A DNA stretch of 52,402 nucleotides, from the NCBI GenBank assembly GCA_937936035.1, contig CALGXJ010000040.1, forward strand, positions 1 to 52,402. The letters are read 5' to 3'. Numbering within the stretch: position 1 is the stretch's first letter; every line of letters begins with the position of its first letter. Below are positions 26,151 to 35,628 of the stretch, piece by piece. The notes under the pieces were generated by a model. The model made no database searches. It saw nothing but the letters and a program-made list of their open reading frames with translations, and was not told where the DNA came from. Position numbers and translations under genes: made by a program. The stretch is from Candidatus Kapaibacterium sp. Lineage in GTDB: Bacteria; Bacteroidota; Ignavibacteria; Kapaibacteriales; UBA2268.

Positions 26151-27034
26151 TTGCTTAATGCAAGCTCGATCAAGTAGTTGCCAATTTTTTCAACGAGCCA
26201 ATCGTAGAGTTCATCGCCAAGGATAAATCGTTCAAGTCTTGAAATCGGACGGTTGAAATCCATACAGTAAATTTCGCCATCTTTGATAGCAAATTCGACA
26301 GCATTGAAATGGTTTTCTATTTTGTTGAGCAGTTTCAGGCAGGCATCGTTGATTTTCTGCTCAGTTTTTGCGTCAATTGCCGGAGCAGTTCTTGAATATC
26401 GCAAATGCAGAGGATTTGTGGGATTGTATTTAACAATTTTCAAATATTTACCACCGACGACAAAGCAACGGACATATTCGTCATACTCAATTGATTCCTG
26501 CAAAATCATCAGGTTTGATCCAGTGAGTTCGTAAGCAGAGAAAAACTCAGTTTTGTTATACACTTTGAAATCATAACGTTTTTCATCGTAAGCATTAGAT
26601 TTCAGAACAGCAGGAAATCCGACGTAGTCGAACATTTTGTCCCAGTCGAGAGGATACTCTAAGTTTCGCATAGCTTCGGGAGTAGTGTTTTTCGGCAGCC
26701 ACTTAGTAGGAATTAAGCAGGATTTTGGTGTTTTAAGCCCCAAATTGTTCGCAACAAGAGCCTGAAAAAAATAATCATTATAGCAGTCGGTAAGACAATT
26801 TGAAATAACTTTTTTCCTCTGCAAACCCAGAGTTTTTAGAAAAGTTCGGTAAAAAGGCACAAATTCAGAGATTTGGTCGAAAATCACATCGTAATGATAG
26901 AAGTCGTTGTTTCTTAGAATGCCAATTTTTATTTCCTCGCAAACGTATTGACTACTTTGTTTTGAATTAATATAGTGCTGAACATCGAGAGGAAAATTAG
27001 TGTAGACACCGAAAAGCAGACCGATTTTTTTCAT
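26147..27034 (-). CDS. ATP-grasp-like protein of unknown specificity
   Basis: FPAVLKSN...MILQESIEYDEYVRCFVVGGKYLKIVKYNP...FNAVEFAIKDGEIYCMDFN follows the ATP-grasp (RimK/GshB-like) pattern. Judged by eye only. Confidence 0.45.
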   Translation of the reverse strand: MKKIGLLFGVYTNFPLDVQHYINSKQSSQYVCEEIKIGILRNNDFYHYDVIFDQISEFVPFYRTFLKTLGLQRKKVISNCLTDCYNDYFFQALVANNLGLKTPKSCLIPTKWLPKNTTPEAMRNLEYPLDWDKMFDYVGFPAVLKSNAYDEKRYDFKVYNKTEFFSAYELTGSNLMILQESIEYDEYVRCFVVGGKYLKIVKYNPTNPLHLRYSRTAPAIDAKTEQKINDACLKLLNKIENHFNAVEFAIKDGEIYCMDFNRPISRLERFILGDELYDWLVEKIGNYLIELALSN

Positions 27035-27161
27035 AGAGCTACCCCAAGAATTAATTTATTTTTATAACGAATAATTCAATAAATTAGTTAATCAATATTC
27101 CAAATAAATAGATAAATAAATAGTCTATTATCAAAAAATCGAACAATCTTTCGAAATTAAC

Positions 27162-28052
27162 ATGAAAAAATTATTATTATTTTTTTCGGTAATATTTGCG
27201 ATTGCAAGCTGCGGGTCGCAGAACACTAAAACAATCATAGTTACAACAAGCAATCCAATATATGCAATTATCAAAGAAATAGCCGGACCAAGAGTAGATG
27301 TAAGGTATATTATACCTTCGGGCGCATCGCCCCACACGTATCAGCCGAAGCCGTCGGATGTATACAAATCGCAGGCGGCAAATGTGCTGATATATGCAGC
27401 AGACAACAACGATGGCTGGGCGGCAAAGCTTCCCGGCAGCAGAAATTTATTGCAGTTAGTGGAACTGCTCCCCAGAGAATACTGGATAAACTATCGTGGC
27501 GAAAAAGTTTCGGCAGCCGACACAACAATTACATCTAAAAATATTGATACTCATTTCTGGATGGACCCGCTGGCAGTGAAGGCGATTCTGCCGGCACTTG
27601 CGGACACACTTGCGAAGATTGACCCGCAAAACGCAGCAACATATCGCACAAACGCCGAACTTTTCTCGAACAGATTGGATTTGCTGCACCGTCAGGTGGA
27701 CAACATTCTTCACAATGTAAAAGGAAAAACTGTTTTTCTGCATCATCCTTCTATTATGTATATGTTGCAACGATACGGGTTGCTTTACGGAGGTTCCATA
27801 GAAGAAGCTCCGGGCAAAGAGCCAAGCCCGAAATACATTGCTTCGCTTATTCAGAAAATAAAAGAAAGCGGAACGAAAGCCATATTCAACGAGCCGCAAC
27901 TTTCGGATAAAGCCGTAAAAAGCATTGCAGACGAAGCAAAAGTAAGCGTTTACTTGCTCGACCCGATTGGCGGAACAAGCGGCAGAGAAAATTATCAAGA
28001 TTTAATTCTGTTCAATGCACGAACTCTTGCGAAAGCACTAGCAGGAGATTAG
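27162..28052 (+). CDS. Metal (Zn/Mn) ABC transporter substrate-binding lipoprotein, ZnuA/TroA family
   Basis: Lipobox IASCGS. Family hallmarks PSGASPHTYQPKPSD, DTHFWMDP and FNEPQ. First gene of a 3-gene ABC operon. Confidence 0.85.
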   Translation: MKKLLLFFSVIFAIASCGSQNTKTIIVTTSNPIYAIIKEIAGPRVDVRYIIPSGASPHTYQPKPSDVYKSQAANVLIYAADNNDGWAAKLPGSRNLLQLVELLPREYWINYRGEKVSAADTTITSKNIDTHFWMDPLAVKAILPALADTLAKIDPQNAATYRTNAELFSNRLDLLHRQVDNILHNVKGKTVFLHHPSIMYMLQRYGLLYGGSIEEAPGKEPSPKYIASLIQKIKESGTKAIFNEPQLSDKAVKSIADEAKVSVYLLDPIGGTSGRENYQDLILFNARTLAKALAGD

Positions 28053-28054
28053 CT

Positions 28055-28810
28055 ATGCCTGATTATGCGATTAAAACAAGCGGTCTGACAGTTGAGTTTG
28101 GCAACAATATAATTCTGGATAATATCAATGTTGAAATAGAAAATGGAGATTTTGTCGCAATAGTTGGTCCGAACGGCTCTGGCAAAACGACATTCCTAAA
28201 AGCGTTATTAAGTATTGTAAAGCCTTCGTCGGGCGAAATAAAGATTTTTGGCAAGGAATTAGATAAAATCAAGCCCGGCGAAATTGGATATGTCCCGCAG
28301 ATTAAAACAATAGACCGCTCATTTCCGGCAAATTCCATTGAGCTGGTGCTGAGCGGTGTGAGAAATCGTTGGCTAGGAGTAAAAAGCAGAGAAGACAAGA
28401 AATTGGCTCTTCACGCACTCGAACTTGTCGGAGCGGCAGACTATGCAAGGAAACAAATTTCGGAGCTATCGGGCGGGCAGCTTCAGCGAGTGTATTTGGC
28501 AAGATGTTTTGCATCAAACCCCAAACTACTTCTTTTAGACGAGCCTGCAACGGGAGTAGACCTTGTATGCGAGTCTACAATTAATGAACTTATAGAAGAA
28601 TTCAACAAAAAGCGGGGTGTTACAGTGCTTATGGTAACGCACGACTGGACAGCCGCCTATCACCACACAAACAAAGTTATGCTTCTGAACAAGCAATTAA
28701 TATATTATGGTAATAAAAACGAAGCATTTACAGAACTCAATTTAATGAAAACGTTCTCGCATCTTGGGCACAAGCATAAAGTTACTTTTGGATTGAAAAG
28801 CTATGAGTGA
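28055..28810 (+). CDS. Metal ABC transporter ATP-binding protein (ZnuC-like)
   Basis: Walker A GPNGSGKTT, signature LSGGQLQR, Walker B LLLLDEP. Confidence 0.9.
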   Translation: MPDYAIKTSGLTVEFGNNIILDNINVEIENGDFVAIVGPNGSGKTTFLKALLSIVKPSSGEIKIFGKELDKIKPGEIGYVPQIKTIDRSFPANSIELVLSGVRNRWLGVKSREDKKLALHALELVGAADYARKQISELSGGQLQRVYLARCFASNPKLLLLDEPATGVDLVCESTINELIEEFNKKRGVTVLMVTHDWTAAYHHTNKVMLLNKQLIYYGNKNEAFTELNLMKTFSHLGHKHKVTFGLKSYE

Positions 28811-29600
28811 AGTATTTAGCCTTGCCTTTATGCAGCGGGCGATGGTTGTAGGGATTTTGCTCGGTGCAGTGGGTGGATTTCTCGGGACATTTGTAGTTCA
28901 ACGAAAAATAAGCTTTTTGGGGAGTGGATTGTCGCACGCGGCATTTGGCGGCATTGCGATAGGTATATTTTTAGGTATCGAGCCAATGCTATTGGCAATT
29001 CCGTTTACATTGCTTATAGCAGTTTTGATGGTATTCTTGAAAAAGAAAGCTGATATTTCCGCAGATACATCAATTGGGATACTTTTTTCGGTGGCAATGG
29101 CAATAGGAATAATATTTTTAGCACTAAACGATAATTATTCGGCAGATGCATATTCTTATCTTTTCGGTTCAATATTGAATGTATCGGTAATTGATCTTTG
29201 GGTGGTGGTTACTCTCACGTTGGTTATAGCGGTTGCTGGCAAAATACATTGGGGACGCTGGGCATATTCAACTTTCGATATGGAGCTTGCCCGCACAAGC
29301 AAATTACCTGTCGAAACAGATGAATATGTGCTGACATTGCTGATTTCGTTGCTGATTGTCGTCTCGATAAAAGTAGTCGGTATGCTATTGCTTGGAGCGT
29401 ATTTAGTAATTCCTGCGGCAACTGCACGCATAGTATCGCGAACGTTCTTCCAGATGAGTGTATTATCGATAGTAATCGGAGCGGTAAGTAGTATAGCCGG
29501 GCTAATATTATCATATTTCGTGGATTTGCCAAGCGGAGCTGTAATAATATTGCTGCAAGCAATATTGCTTCTTGTGTTGCTTACAGCCAAAAGAATTTAA
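28803..29600 (+). CDS. Metal ABC transporter permease (ZnuB-like)
   Basis: Polytopic membrane protein. It overlaps the ATPase gene by 8 nt and follows the typical ABC-3 family pattern (FMQRA...GxxG...LSHAAFGG). Confidence 0.85.
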   Translation: MSEVFSLAFMQRAMVVGILLGAVGGFLGTFVVQRKISFLGSGLSHAAFGGIAIGIFLGIEPMLLAIPFTLLIAVLMVFLKKKADISADTSIGILFSVAMAIGIIFLALNDNYSADAYSYLFGSILNVSVIDLWVVVTLTLVIAVAGKIHWGRWAYSTFDMELARTSKLPVETDEYVLTLLISLLIVVSIKVVGMLLLGAYLVIPAATARIVSRTFFQMSVLSIVIGAVSSIAGLILSYFVDLPSGAVIILLQAILLLVLLTAKRI

Positions 29601-29765
29601 TTGCAAAAATGTTGGATTTCCTGCGTTCCATATCAGCGCGTTATTGACTTGTCAGAATTTTGCAAGCTGTAAGCATATCATTTTTATATTAGAATCGTTT
29701 ATATTATTTCATTTATATTGTAAATTTTATTAATATTGTTAATGCTTGTAAATGTAAATGAGAAA

Positions 29766-31721
29766 ATGAAAAATCTACTTATAATAATCAGCGTTTTGCT
29801 GCTTGGCTCGTGTGCTACGGAAAATGAATATCTTGTGAATCCACCGCCGAGATACGAAACAGTAAATGTGCGGCTGCTAAATCTTGCGGGGGACGGTCAA
29901 AGCCGTTCTATTGTGCTAAATGGAGAAACTGAAATCGAAAATGTGCCATACGGGATGGTGTCGGCGTTTGTGCGTCCACCGGCTGATTCAGTATTTCTGG
30001 AAGTCCGCCGGCAAGGCACAAGCGAACTTAAACCGGACAACAAAGTTCGCTTCGGACGGAATATGAATTATACTTTTGTTGTATTGCCATCGGCAGACGG
30101 AGCGTCGCATTATCGCGATGTAGATACAATCATAACTTTTTCGACTTCGATGGTAGTTGCACAAAGCCAGAAAGAGGCATATCTGAAGCTTTTTAACGGA
30201 TATCCTGACTCAACTGTTAGCTACTCGATGATGCTGGGTTGCCCGAGTGGTCAGCCAATTGCAAGCCACGTTCAATACCGGCGGGCAACATCCCATTCGG
30301 TTGTGCGTTCGGGCGAACTTGCGGTTTCTATAGTCCGGCATAAGCACTCCGGCGACGAGCTTATCGGGCTATTTGATTTAATGTTGGAAAATTTCGGGCA
30401 ATATGCAATTGTAATAATTCGCGAAGGAAATGCCGAAAAAGTATTGCTATTGGACGAAAAGCAATCGACAGTGCAGGCACTCAGAGAACCCGCTACAATC
30501 AATAATCGCGAGGCTTATTTGAAAACAGTGAATTTTTCAAGCGAAATGGTAAGCCTTCACTTACAAAGTTCGGGCGATGTGGCAACAGTATCTCCAATGT
30601 TTGCCGACGCAGTAAAAACAATAGGTGCTTGCGGTACAACTTCGAAAGATACTTTAAGCGTGACACTGAACGGTTCGACAACAGCAAAACTTGTCGTTGG
30701 AATTGATGTTCTGCAAAAATATACGGCATTTGTTTTTGATAGCTCGCATTCGAAAGCAAAAAAATTAGTGTTTGCCGAACCAGCATATTTCACAGAAGAA
30801 ATGAAAAACAGGGCAGTGGTGCGGGTGGTTAATGGTGATTACCTGCAAAGCGGTATTTCTGTTTCTGCCGGGGCACGGGAAATAGCAAACGCGACGGGCG
30901 AGGACAAATTCCGCGGCTTCCGTTCGGGCGACAATCTTGCAAGCGGCTTGAAGTTTGGAGAAATATCGCCTCCGAAGTTACTGGAAGCGGGCATATTGCC
31001 AACAGCAGTGTTTACAGCAACAGAGCCAGCGCGTCTGATAAAAACAACCCGATTATGGCTCGAAGCAAATAAATCATACTATATCGTTGTGTATTCAACG
31101 CAATCAGGTGAGCAAAAAATATCGCTTGTGGAAGAGGGAGCCCCTGCCAATCCAGTAGTTTCGGAAAGCGAAGGAGTGTTTGCACAGTTGGTAAACACAG
31201 TTGCGGATGCAGATTTTGTAAGCTTCGCTCTGCCGGGAGTATTTTCCGATGCACGGCTGAATTACAGCGGGGCGCTTGCGACTATTCTAAGCAGTGGGGA
31301 AACTAAACTGAGTATATTGGGCAAGCAGTTTTCGTTTTCGGCAAGCCCGGAGCACAGAGCTATGCTAATTGCTGCCGGGACAAAGGAATCTCCGGAGTTG
31401 GTATGGTTTATCGAGCCTTCGGTTCAGGCAGCGGCAGACCATTATGTGAGGCGATTTGTGAATGTATCGGACATACCAAAAGTTGATATAAAAATAGGCG
31501 ATGAAGTGCTTATCTATCCCGGGCTTGGTTTTGGTGAACGCACTCCAATCGAACGCATATACAAAGAGAGGAAATTCAGCTTAACATTTGTGAATTCCGA
31601 AACCGGCAAGCAAATAGCGCGAATTGATGATTTATTCTTAACGTACAACAAAACATATACAATTATTTTTGCCGGCAGTTCAAAAAAAGGATATTCAGCA
31701 ATTATACAGCAAGAATATTGA
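29766..31721 (+). CDS. Lipoprotein with repeated DUF4397-like beta-sandwich modules
   Basis: Start at ATG 29766 (MKNLLIIISVLLLGSCATE, lipobox). Recurrent module openers VNVRLLNLAGD, AYLKLFNGYPD, AVVRVVNGDY and VRRFVNVSD resemble DUF4397 repeats (from memory). Confidence 0.45.
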   Translation: MKNLLIIISVLLLGSCATENEYLVNPPPRYETVNVRLLNLAGDGQSRSIVLNGETEIENVPYGMVSAFVRPPADSVFLEVRRQGTSELKPDNKVRFGRNMNYTFVVLPSADGASHYRDVDTIITFSTSMVVAQSQKEAYLKLFNGYPDSTVSYSMMLGCPSGQPIASHVQYRRATSHSVVRSGELAVSIVRHKHSGDELIGLFDLMLENFGQYAIVIIREGNAEKVLLLDEKQSTVQALREPATINNREAYLKTVNFSSEMVSLHLQSSGDVATVSPMFADAVKTIGACGTTSKDTLSVTLNGSTTAKLVVGIDVLQKYTAFVFDSSHSKAKKLVFAEPAYFTEEMKNRAVVRVVNGDYLQSGISVSAGAREIANATGEDKFRGFRSGDNLASGLKFGEISPPKLLEAGILPTAVFTATEPARLIKTTRLWLEANKSYYIVVYSTQSGEQKISLVEEGAPANPVVSESEGVFAQLVNTVADADFVSFALPGVFSDARLNYSGALATILSSGETKLSILGKQFSFSASPEHRAMLIAAGTKESPELVWFIEPSVQAAADHYVRRFVNVSDIPKVDIKIGDEVLIYPGLGFGERTPIERIYKERKFSLTFVNSETGKQIARIDDLFLTYNKTYTIIFAGSSKKGYSAIIQQEY

Positions 31722-32599
31722 TGAGCAAAGGCAAATCAAACATAATAAAAAGTGTATATAAGGAGGTTATGGATTTTTCGGACCAGTTGGACGACAACCA
31801 TACTTTTATGCTTGCCGCCGGGATTGCCTTCAATATTGCTTTATATGTAATTCCGCTTTTTTTGCTGTCGATTTATCTTGTAAATGCCTTTGTAGATATA
31901 AATCATCTCTCGGAAGTAATAGAAAAAATGCTTTCGGATTTTCTGCCACCGACAAAATCATCAAAAGAGATAATCCACATAGTGCTGGAAGAAGTAAAGA
32001 AGATAAACCTGCACAGCAACGCAGCCGGGATTATCGGGCTTGTTTCGCTATTGTGGATATCGTCGATACTTGTGTCGTCTTTGCGGTCGGGGCTGAATGC
32101 AATATTTCACATACCGGCGAAGAAAATTTTCATCATCTACCGCTTGTATGATATTTTACTTACAATAATTATTACAATATTAATTTTAATTTATTCTTAT
32201 CTGGTGCCGATTGGAAATTTTGTTATTTCGTTTTTGGAGAGTTTTTTCCCGGATTTTATACATAAAATCATCAGTGGGGCAATTGTAACGCTTATCTCGC
32301 TTGTATCGTCGTTTGCAATTTATTTCTTTATCTATACATTTATACCGACTAAGCGGATGCCATTTTTTGTGATATTCTGGAGCACTGTCGGATGCGTGTT
32401 GCTAATTGAAATTGCACGACATATTTTCGGTTGGTATATCAGCGGAGTTAGTAATTATGGGAAGTTCTACGGGACATTTGCAGTTGTAATTTCGATGGCT
32501 ATCTGGATATATTATTCTTCGTTTATATTGCTGTTTTCGGGCGAGATTGTCAATTATATCTACAAGAAAAGGCAATTGAGAAAAGCAGAAATTGCCTGA
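31718..32599 (+). CDS. YihY/BrkB-family inner-membrane protein
   Basis: ATGA overlap with the upstream gene. Six-TM profile with the family-typical AAGIAFNIALYVIPLFLL and C-terminal FGWYI...YGKFYGTFAVVISMAIWIYYSSFILLFSGEI. Confidence 0.75.
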   Translation: MMSKGKSNIIKSVYKEVMDFSDQLDDNHTFMLAAGIAFNIALYVIPLFLLSIYLVNAFVDINHLSEVIEKMLSDFLPPTKSSKEIIHIVLEEVKKINLHSNAAGIIGLVSLLWISSILVSSLRSGLNAIFHIPAKKIFIIYRLYDILLTIIITILILIYSYLVPIGNFVISFLESFFPDFIHKIISGAIVTLISLVSSFAIYFFIYTFIPTKRMPFFVIFWSTVGCVLLIEIARHIFGWYISGVSNYGKFYGTFAVVISMAIWIYYSSFILLFSGEIVNYIYKKRQLRKAEIA

Positions 32600-32618
32600 G
32601 AAGAATAGTGTAAGCGAA

Positions 32619-35282
32619 TCACAGTTTCATTCCGATGCTAAAATACAAGACTGGTTGCCCGAACACAATTTCCCCGTTCTCTCTGAAATAGAAGCTTCTG
32701 CCTACGGCAAACCGACCGGGACCCAGAGGTGTGTCGAGTTCGAAGGCAATGCCGCCGCCGTGCAGGAAATCTTTGAAAGCAATTTCGTCAGGCTGCAACC
32801 AAACATTTCCCAAATCGTACCTTGCAGAAAAATAAGTATCGAAATATATTTGAAAAGGAAGCTTATAGCGAGCTTCGAGCGATGCGAGAAAAATTTGTCG
32901 GCCACGTATGGCATCTTCTCGTAAACCGTAGAAGCTTGTCTGACCGCCGAGCGAGAAAAATTCAGCTGTCGGGAGCGACTTATCCGCCGCACCGAAAGAA
33001 ACTGCCGGGCGAAAAGTAACATTCTCGATAGTAGAATTATGGTGATAATAAAAATATGCTTTTGAGAAACTTACTGATGGTTCAATTGCCATGGCACCAG
33101 TTTCGAGGTAAAGTTCAATTCGCTGTCCGCTTCGGGCAAGAAATGAACGGTCTTCGCTATCGAAAATAGTAGCCACTTTGACTGTAGAAATGTTGTAAAA
33201 GTTCGGTTTGCTTATATTTTTTGCAAAATAGCGTTGTTTTTCCAAGCGGTAAGCAAATACAATTGCGCCGCTTTTGTCTAATTGGCGACCGAAATTAGCA
33301 ATTCCACCGAAACGTTCGATAGTGCTTTCGCCAATTTTGCGGTAATCGAAGTGGTAGAGCGATTTTTTCTGAAACAGATAATTATTAATATCGCGGTTAG
33401 AATAATACATTGAAGCCGACAGCGAAAAGTCTGTTTTGAAAATGCGAGGATTTTCGAGCAGCAAAGTGTAATCCTGGTTGCGGGGGCCGATTGTGGAACG
33501 GGCAGAAAGACGAATTCCGGCATTAAAGAGGTTTTCCTGTATTGCGTCGATAGCAGCTTGTCCGTAGCGTTCGCTATCGACTTTGCCGCCAATGCGAAGG
33601 GTTTGGGTGCCACCCTCAGTAACTTTAACAACAACAACTTTTTTTGCATTTTCAATATTTTCTTCAACATCAATTTCAACATTGGAGAAGAGTCCGGTTT
33701 TAACTAAATTATTCCATCCGCGAACTAATTTTTCTGCATTAAGCACTTGCCCGACTTTGAATTTAAGTTCGCGTTGGATAAGGAAATCGCTTGTTTCCTC
33801 GTTCCCAATAATAACGATTTCGCCGATAGTGCCTTCGTCGATGGAGAGGAACAAATTGCCGAAATTATCCACTCTTTCGTTTGTAATGATAGCGTACGAA
33901 AATCCTTCGGAACGGTATTTTTTGAGCAAATCTTCTTTGATGCGGGTTATCCCGTTAGGTGATAAAGAAATTAAGGGATTATTTTGCACATACTCTTTGG
34001 CAAACTCTGCTACAGCCGGATTAGAAACTCCGGTTAAATTTATTGAGGAAAGGAGGGGGAATTTCGTTGCGGAAAAGATAACACTGTCGGGCGTGATGCT
34101 AAGCGAGATTTGCTTGTATTTATCTGTTTCGAGCAGTTTAATAATCAAGTCGTTGTATTGCTCTATGCCGTTGATAGAAGGCACGATTTGCAGGAGATAG
34201 GCAAGGTCGTCGCTATCGAGGCCATCGGCGGCAATTGCTTTGCCCTTTAGCATTTCAATTGAGATATTTTTATGATACTCGTTGATTTTAGAGTAGAATT
34301 TGGAACGATATTTTTGCTGGATTTGAGGCACTAACTGTTTTGCGGCAAAGCGTCCGGCACGGATAAGTGTGTCTAAATTAGAAAAGTCGGTGTTTTTGTG
34401 GCGTCCGATATTGGGGGTAATGATAAAATCTGCGAATTCTTTTTGCTTTCGTGTAAATTTATCCATAGAAATAGTAATCACTTGGTCGGCAATGTTCCAT
34501 GGTGTGTTCAAATCTTCCAAATTGAGTTTTGGAGAAACAGTATTTATAGCAATAATCAAATCGGGAGAAAATTCAAGTGCCTGCTCGGCTGGTATGTTTG
34601 CAAAGATTCCGCCATCGACAAGAATCAACCCATTGGAACGGATAGGAGTATATCGCAGCGGGACAGTTGCGCTTGCGCGGATAGCAGTAATAATATTCCC
34701 CGATTTTTGCGAGATGGACTCACCGGAAATTATATCGGTTGCAACTGCGCGAAACGGAAGTTTCAGATTGTCGAAACTGCCGTGCGGTTTATACAAGCTA
34801 TTCCAGAATACCCTTTGGAGCGTAATATTAAACTGGTCGCCGGCAGAAATTGCCTCAGGAACAATGAATTTAAAATTTTTGAAGCGGAAAGTAATCAACG
34901 AACGGTCTTCAATTATTTTTTGGTCTAAGAAGAGGTCTGTGCGGGTATTTTGCTCTTTGAGAGAAAAAATATCGTTCCAATTGATAGAGTTGATTAAGGA
35001 ATCGAGTTCGGACGGGGAATAGCCCGAGGCAAGCAAGCCACCGATGATTGAGCCAATGCTTGTTCCGACAATACAATGATAAGTGATACGGTATTCATCG
35101 AGCACTTCGATCGCCCCCACCTGCGACACACCGCGGGCACCGCCACCGCTAAGCACCAAAGCGACACGCGGGCTAATTTCATTCAGGGATGGATATGTTA
35201 TTTGGGTAATTTCTGCGAAAGCACCTGATTGAGCAATCAGGAAGAAAATAATCGCCGTGGATATTTTTTTAATGTTGTTCAC
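32619..35282 (-). CDS. Patatin-like phospholipase fused to POTRA + Omp85/surface-antigen beta-barrel (PlpD-like, type Vd secretion architecture)
   Basis: Signal peptide. Oxyanion box LSGGGARG, lipase serine GTSIGS, catalytic Asp VDGGIFANIP. Then POTRA-like segments. The C-terminal barrel ends ...GQPVLYFSIGMKL with an aromatic-rich terminal strand. Confidence 0.85.
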   Translation of the reverse strand: MNNIKKISTAIIFFLIAQSGAFAEITQITYPSLNEISPRVALVLSGGGARGVSQVGAIEVLDEYRITYHCIVGTSIGSIIGGLLASGYSPSELDSLINSINWNDIFSLKEQNTRTDLFLDQKIIEDRSLITFRFKNFKFIVPEAISAGDQFNITLQRVFWNSLYKPHGSFDNLKLPFRAVATDIISGESISQKSGNIITAIRASATVPLRYTPIRSNGLILVDGGIFANIPAEQALEFSPDLIIAINTVSPKLNLEDLNTPWNIADQVITISMDKFTRKQKEFADFIITPNIGRHKNTDFSNLDTLIRAGRFAAKQLVPQIQQKYRSKFYSKINEYHKNISIEMLKGKAIAADGLDSDDLAYLLQIVPSINGIEQYNDLIIKLLETDKYKQISLSITPDSVIFSATKFPLLSSINLTGVSNPAVAEFAKEYVQNNPLISLSPNGITRIKEDLLKKYRSEGFSYAIITNERVDNFGNLFLSIDEGTIGEIVIIGNEETSDFLIQRELKFKVGQVLNAEKLVRGWNNLVKTGLFSNVEIDVEENIENAKKVVVVKVTEGGTQTLRIGGKVDSERYGQAAIDAIQENLFNAGIRLSARSTIGPRNQDYTLLLENPRIFKTDFSLSASMYYSNRDINNYLFQKKSLYHFDYRKIGESTIERFGGIANFGRQLDKSGAIVFAYRLEKQRYFAKNISKPNFYNISTVKVATIFDSEDRSFLARSGQRIELYLETGAMAIEPSVSFSKAYFYYHHNSTIENVTFRPAVSFGAADKSLPTAEFFSLGGQTSFYGLREDAIRGRQIFLASLEARYKLPFQIYFDTYFSARYDLGNVWLQPDEIAFKDFLHGGGIAFELDTPLGPGRFAVGRSFYFRENGEIVFGQPVLYFSIGMKL

Positions 35283-35558
35283 TTAGCGAATTTCGAATGT
35301 TACAAAATTGTCCTCGCCAGAATAATTTTCGAAGATAACTTTTTCAACTTTGCTGCGCGATGGTCCGGCTTGCAGCAGAGATTTCAGTTTATCAATACTT
35401 GCGGGATCGCCAATAGCAACACCCGAGACAGTACCGTCGAATTCATTGCGGACGAAACCCCGCAAACCCATCGAGATTGCATTCCGAGCCACAAAATAGC
35501 GAAACCCGACGCCTTGGACCAGTCCGAACACAGTAAATTTAATCTTAGACGACACCAT
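35283..35558 (-). CDS. acyP: Acylphosphatase
   Basis: 91 aa with VFGLVQGVGFRYF and GFVRN..DGTV signatures. It abuts the patatin gene's start with no gap. Confidence 0.88.
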   Translation of the reverse strand: MVSSKIKFTVFGLVQGVGFRYFVARNAISMGLRGFVRNEFDGTVSGVAIGDPASIDKLKSLLQAGPSRSKVEKVIFENYSGEDNFVTFEIR

Positions 35559-35628
35559 AATAATTCCCGATGTTTCTAGAAATAATCACAAAGAGAAAAC
35601 TCAAATAAATTGGAATGCTCACCGGGCA

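Noticed and set aside
27035-27161. Zur/Fur-type operator in the divergent promoter upstream of the ZnuA-like gene (for example AATAG-T-CTATT at ~27118-27128).
   Set aside because: It is only a 5-bp-arm palindrome in very AT-rich DNA, and it does not extend to a recognisable Zur or Fur box. That is within chance expectation.
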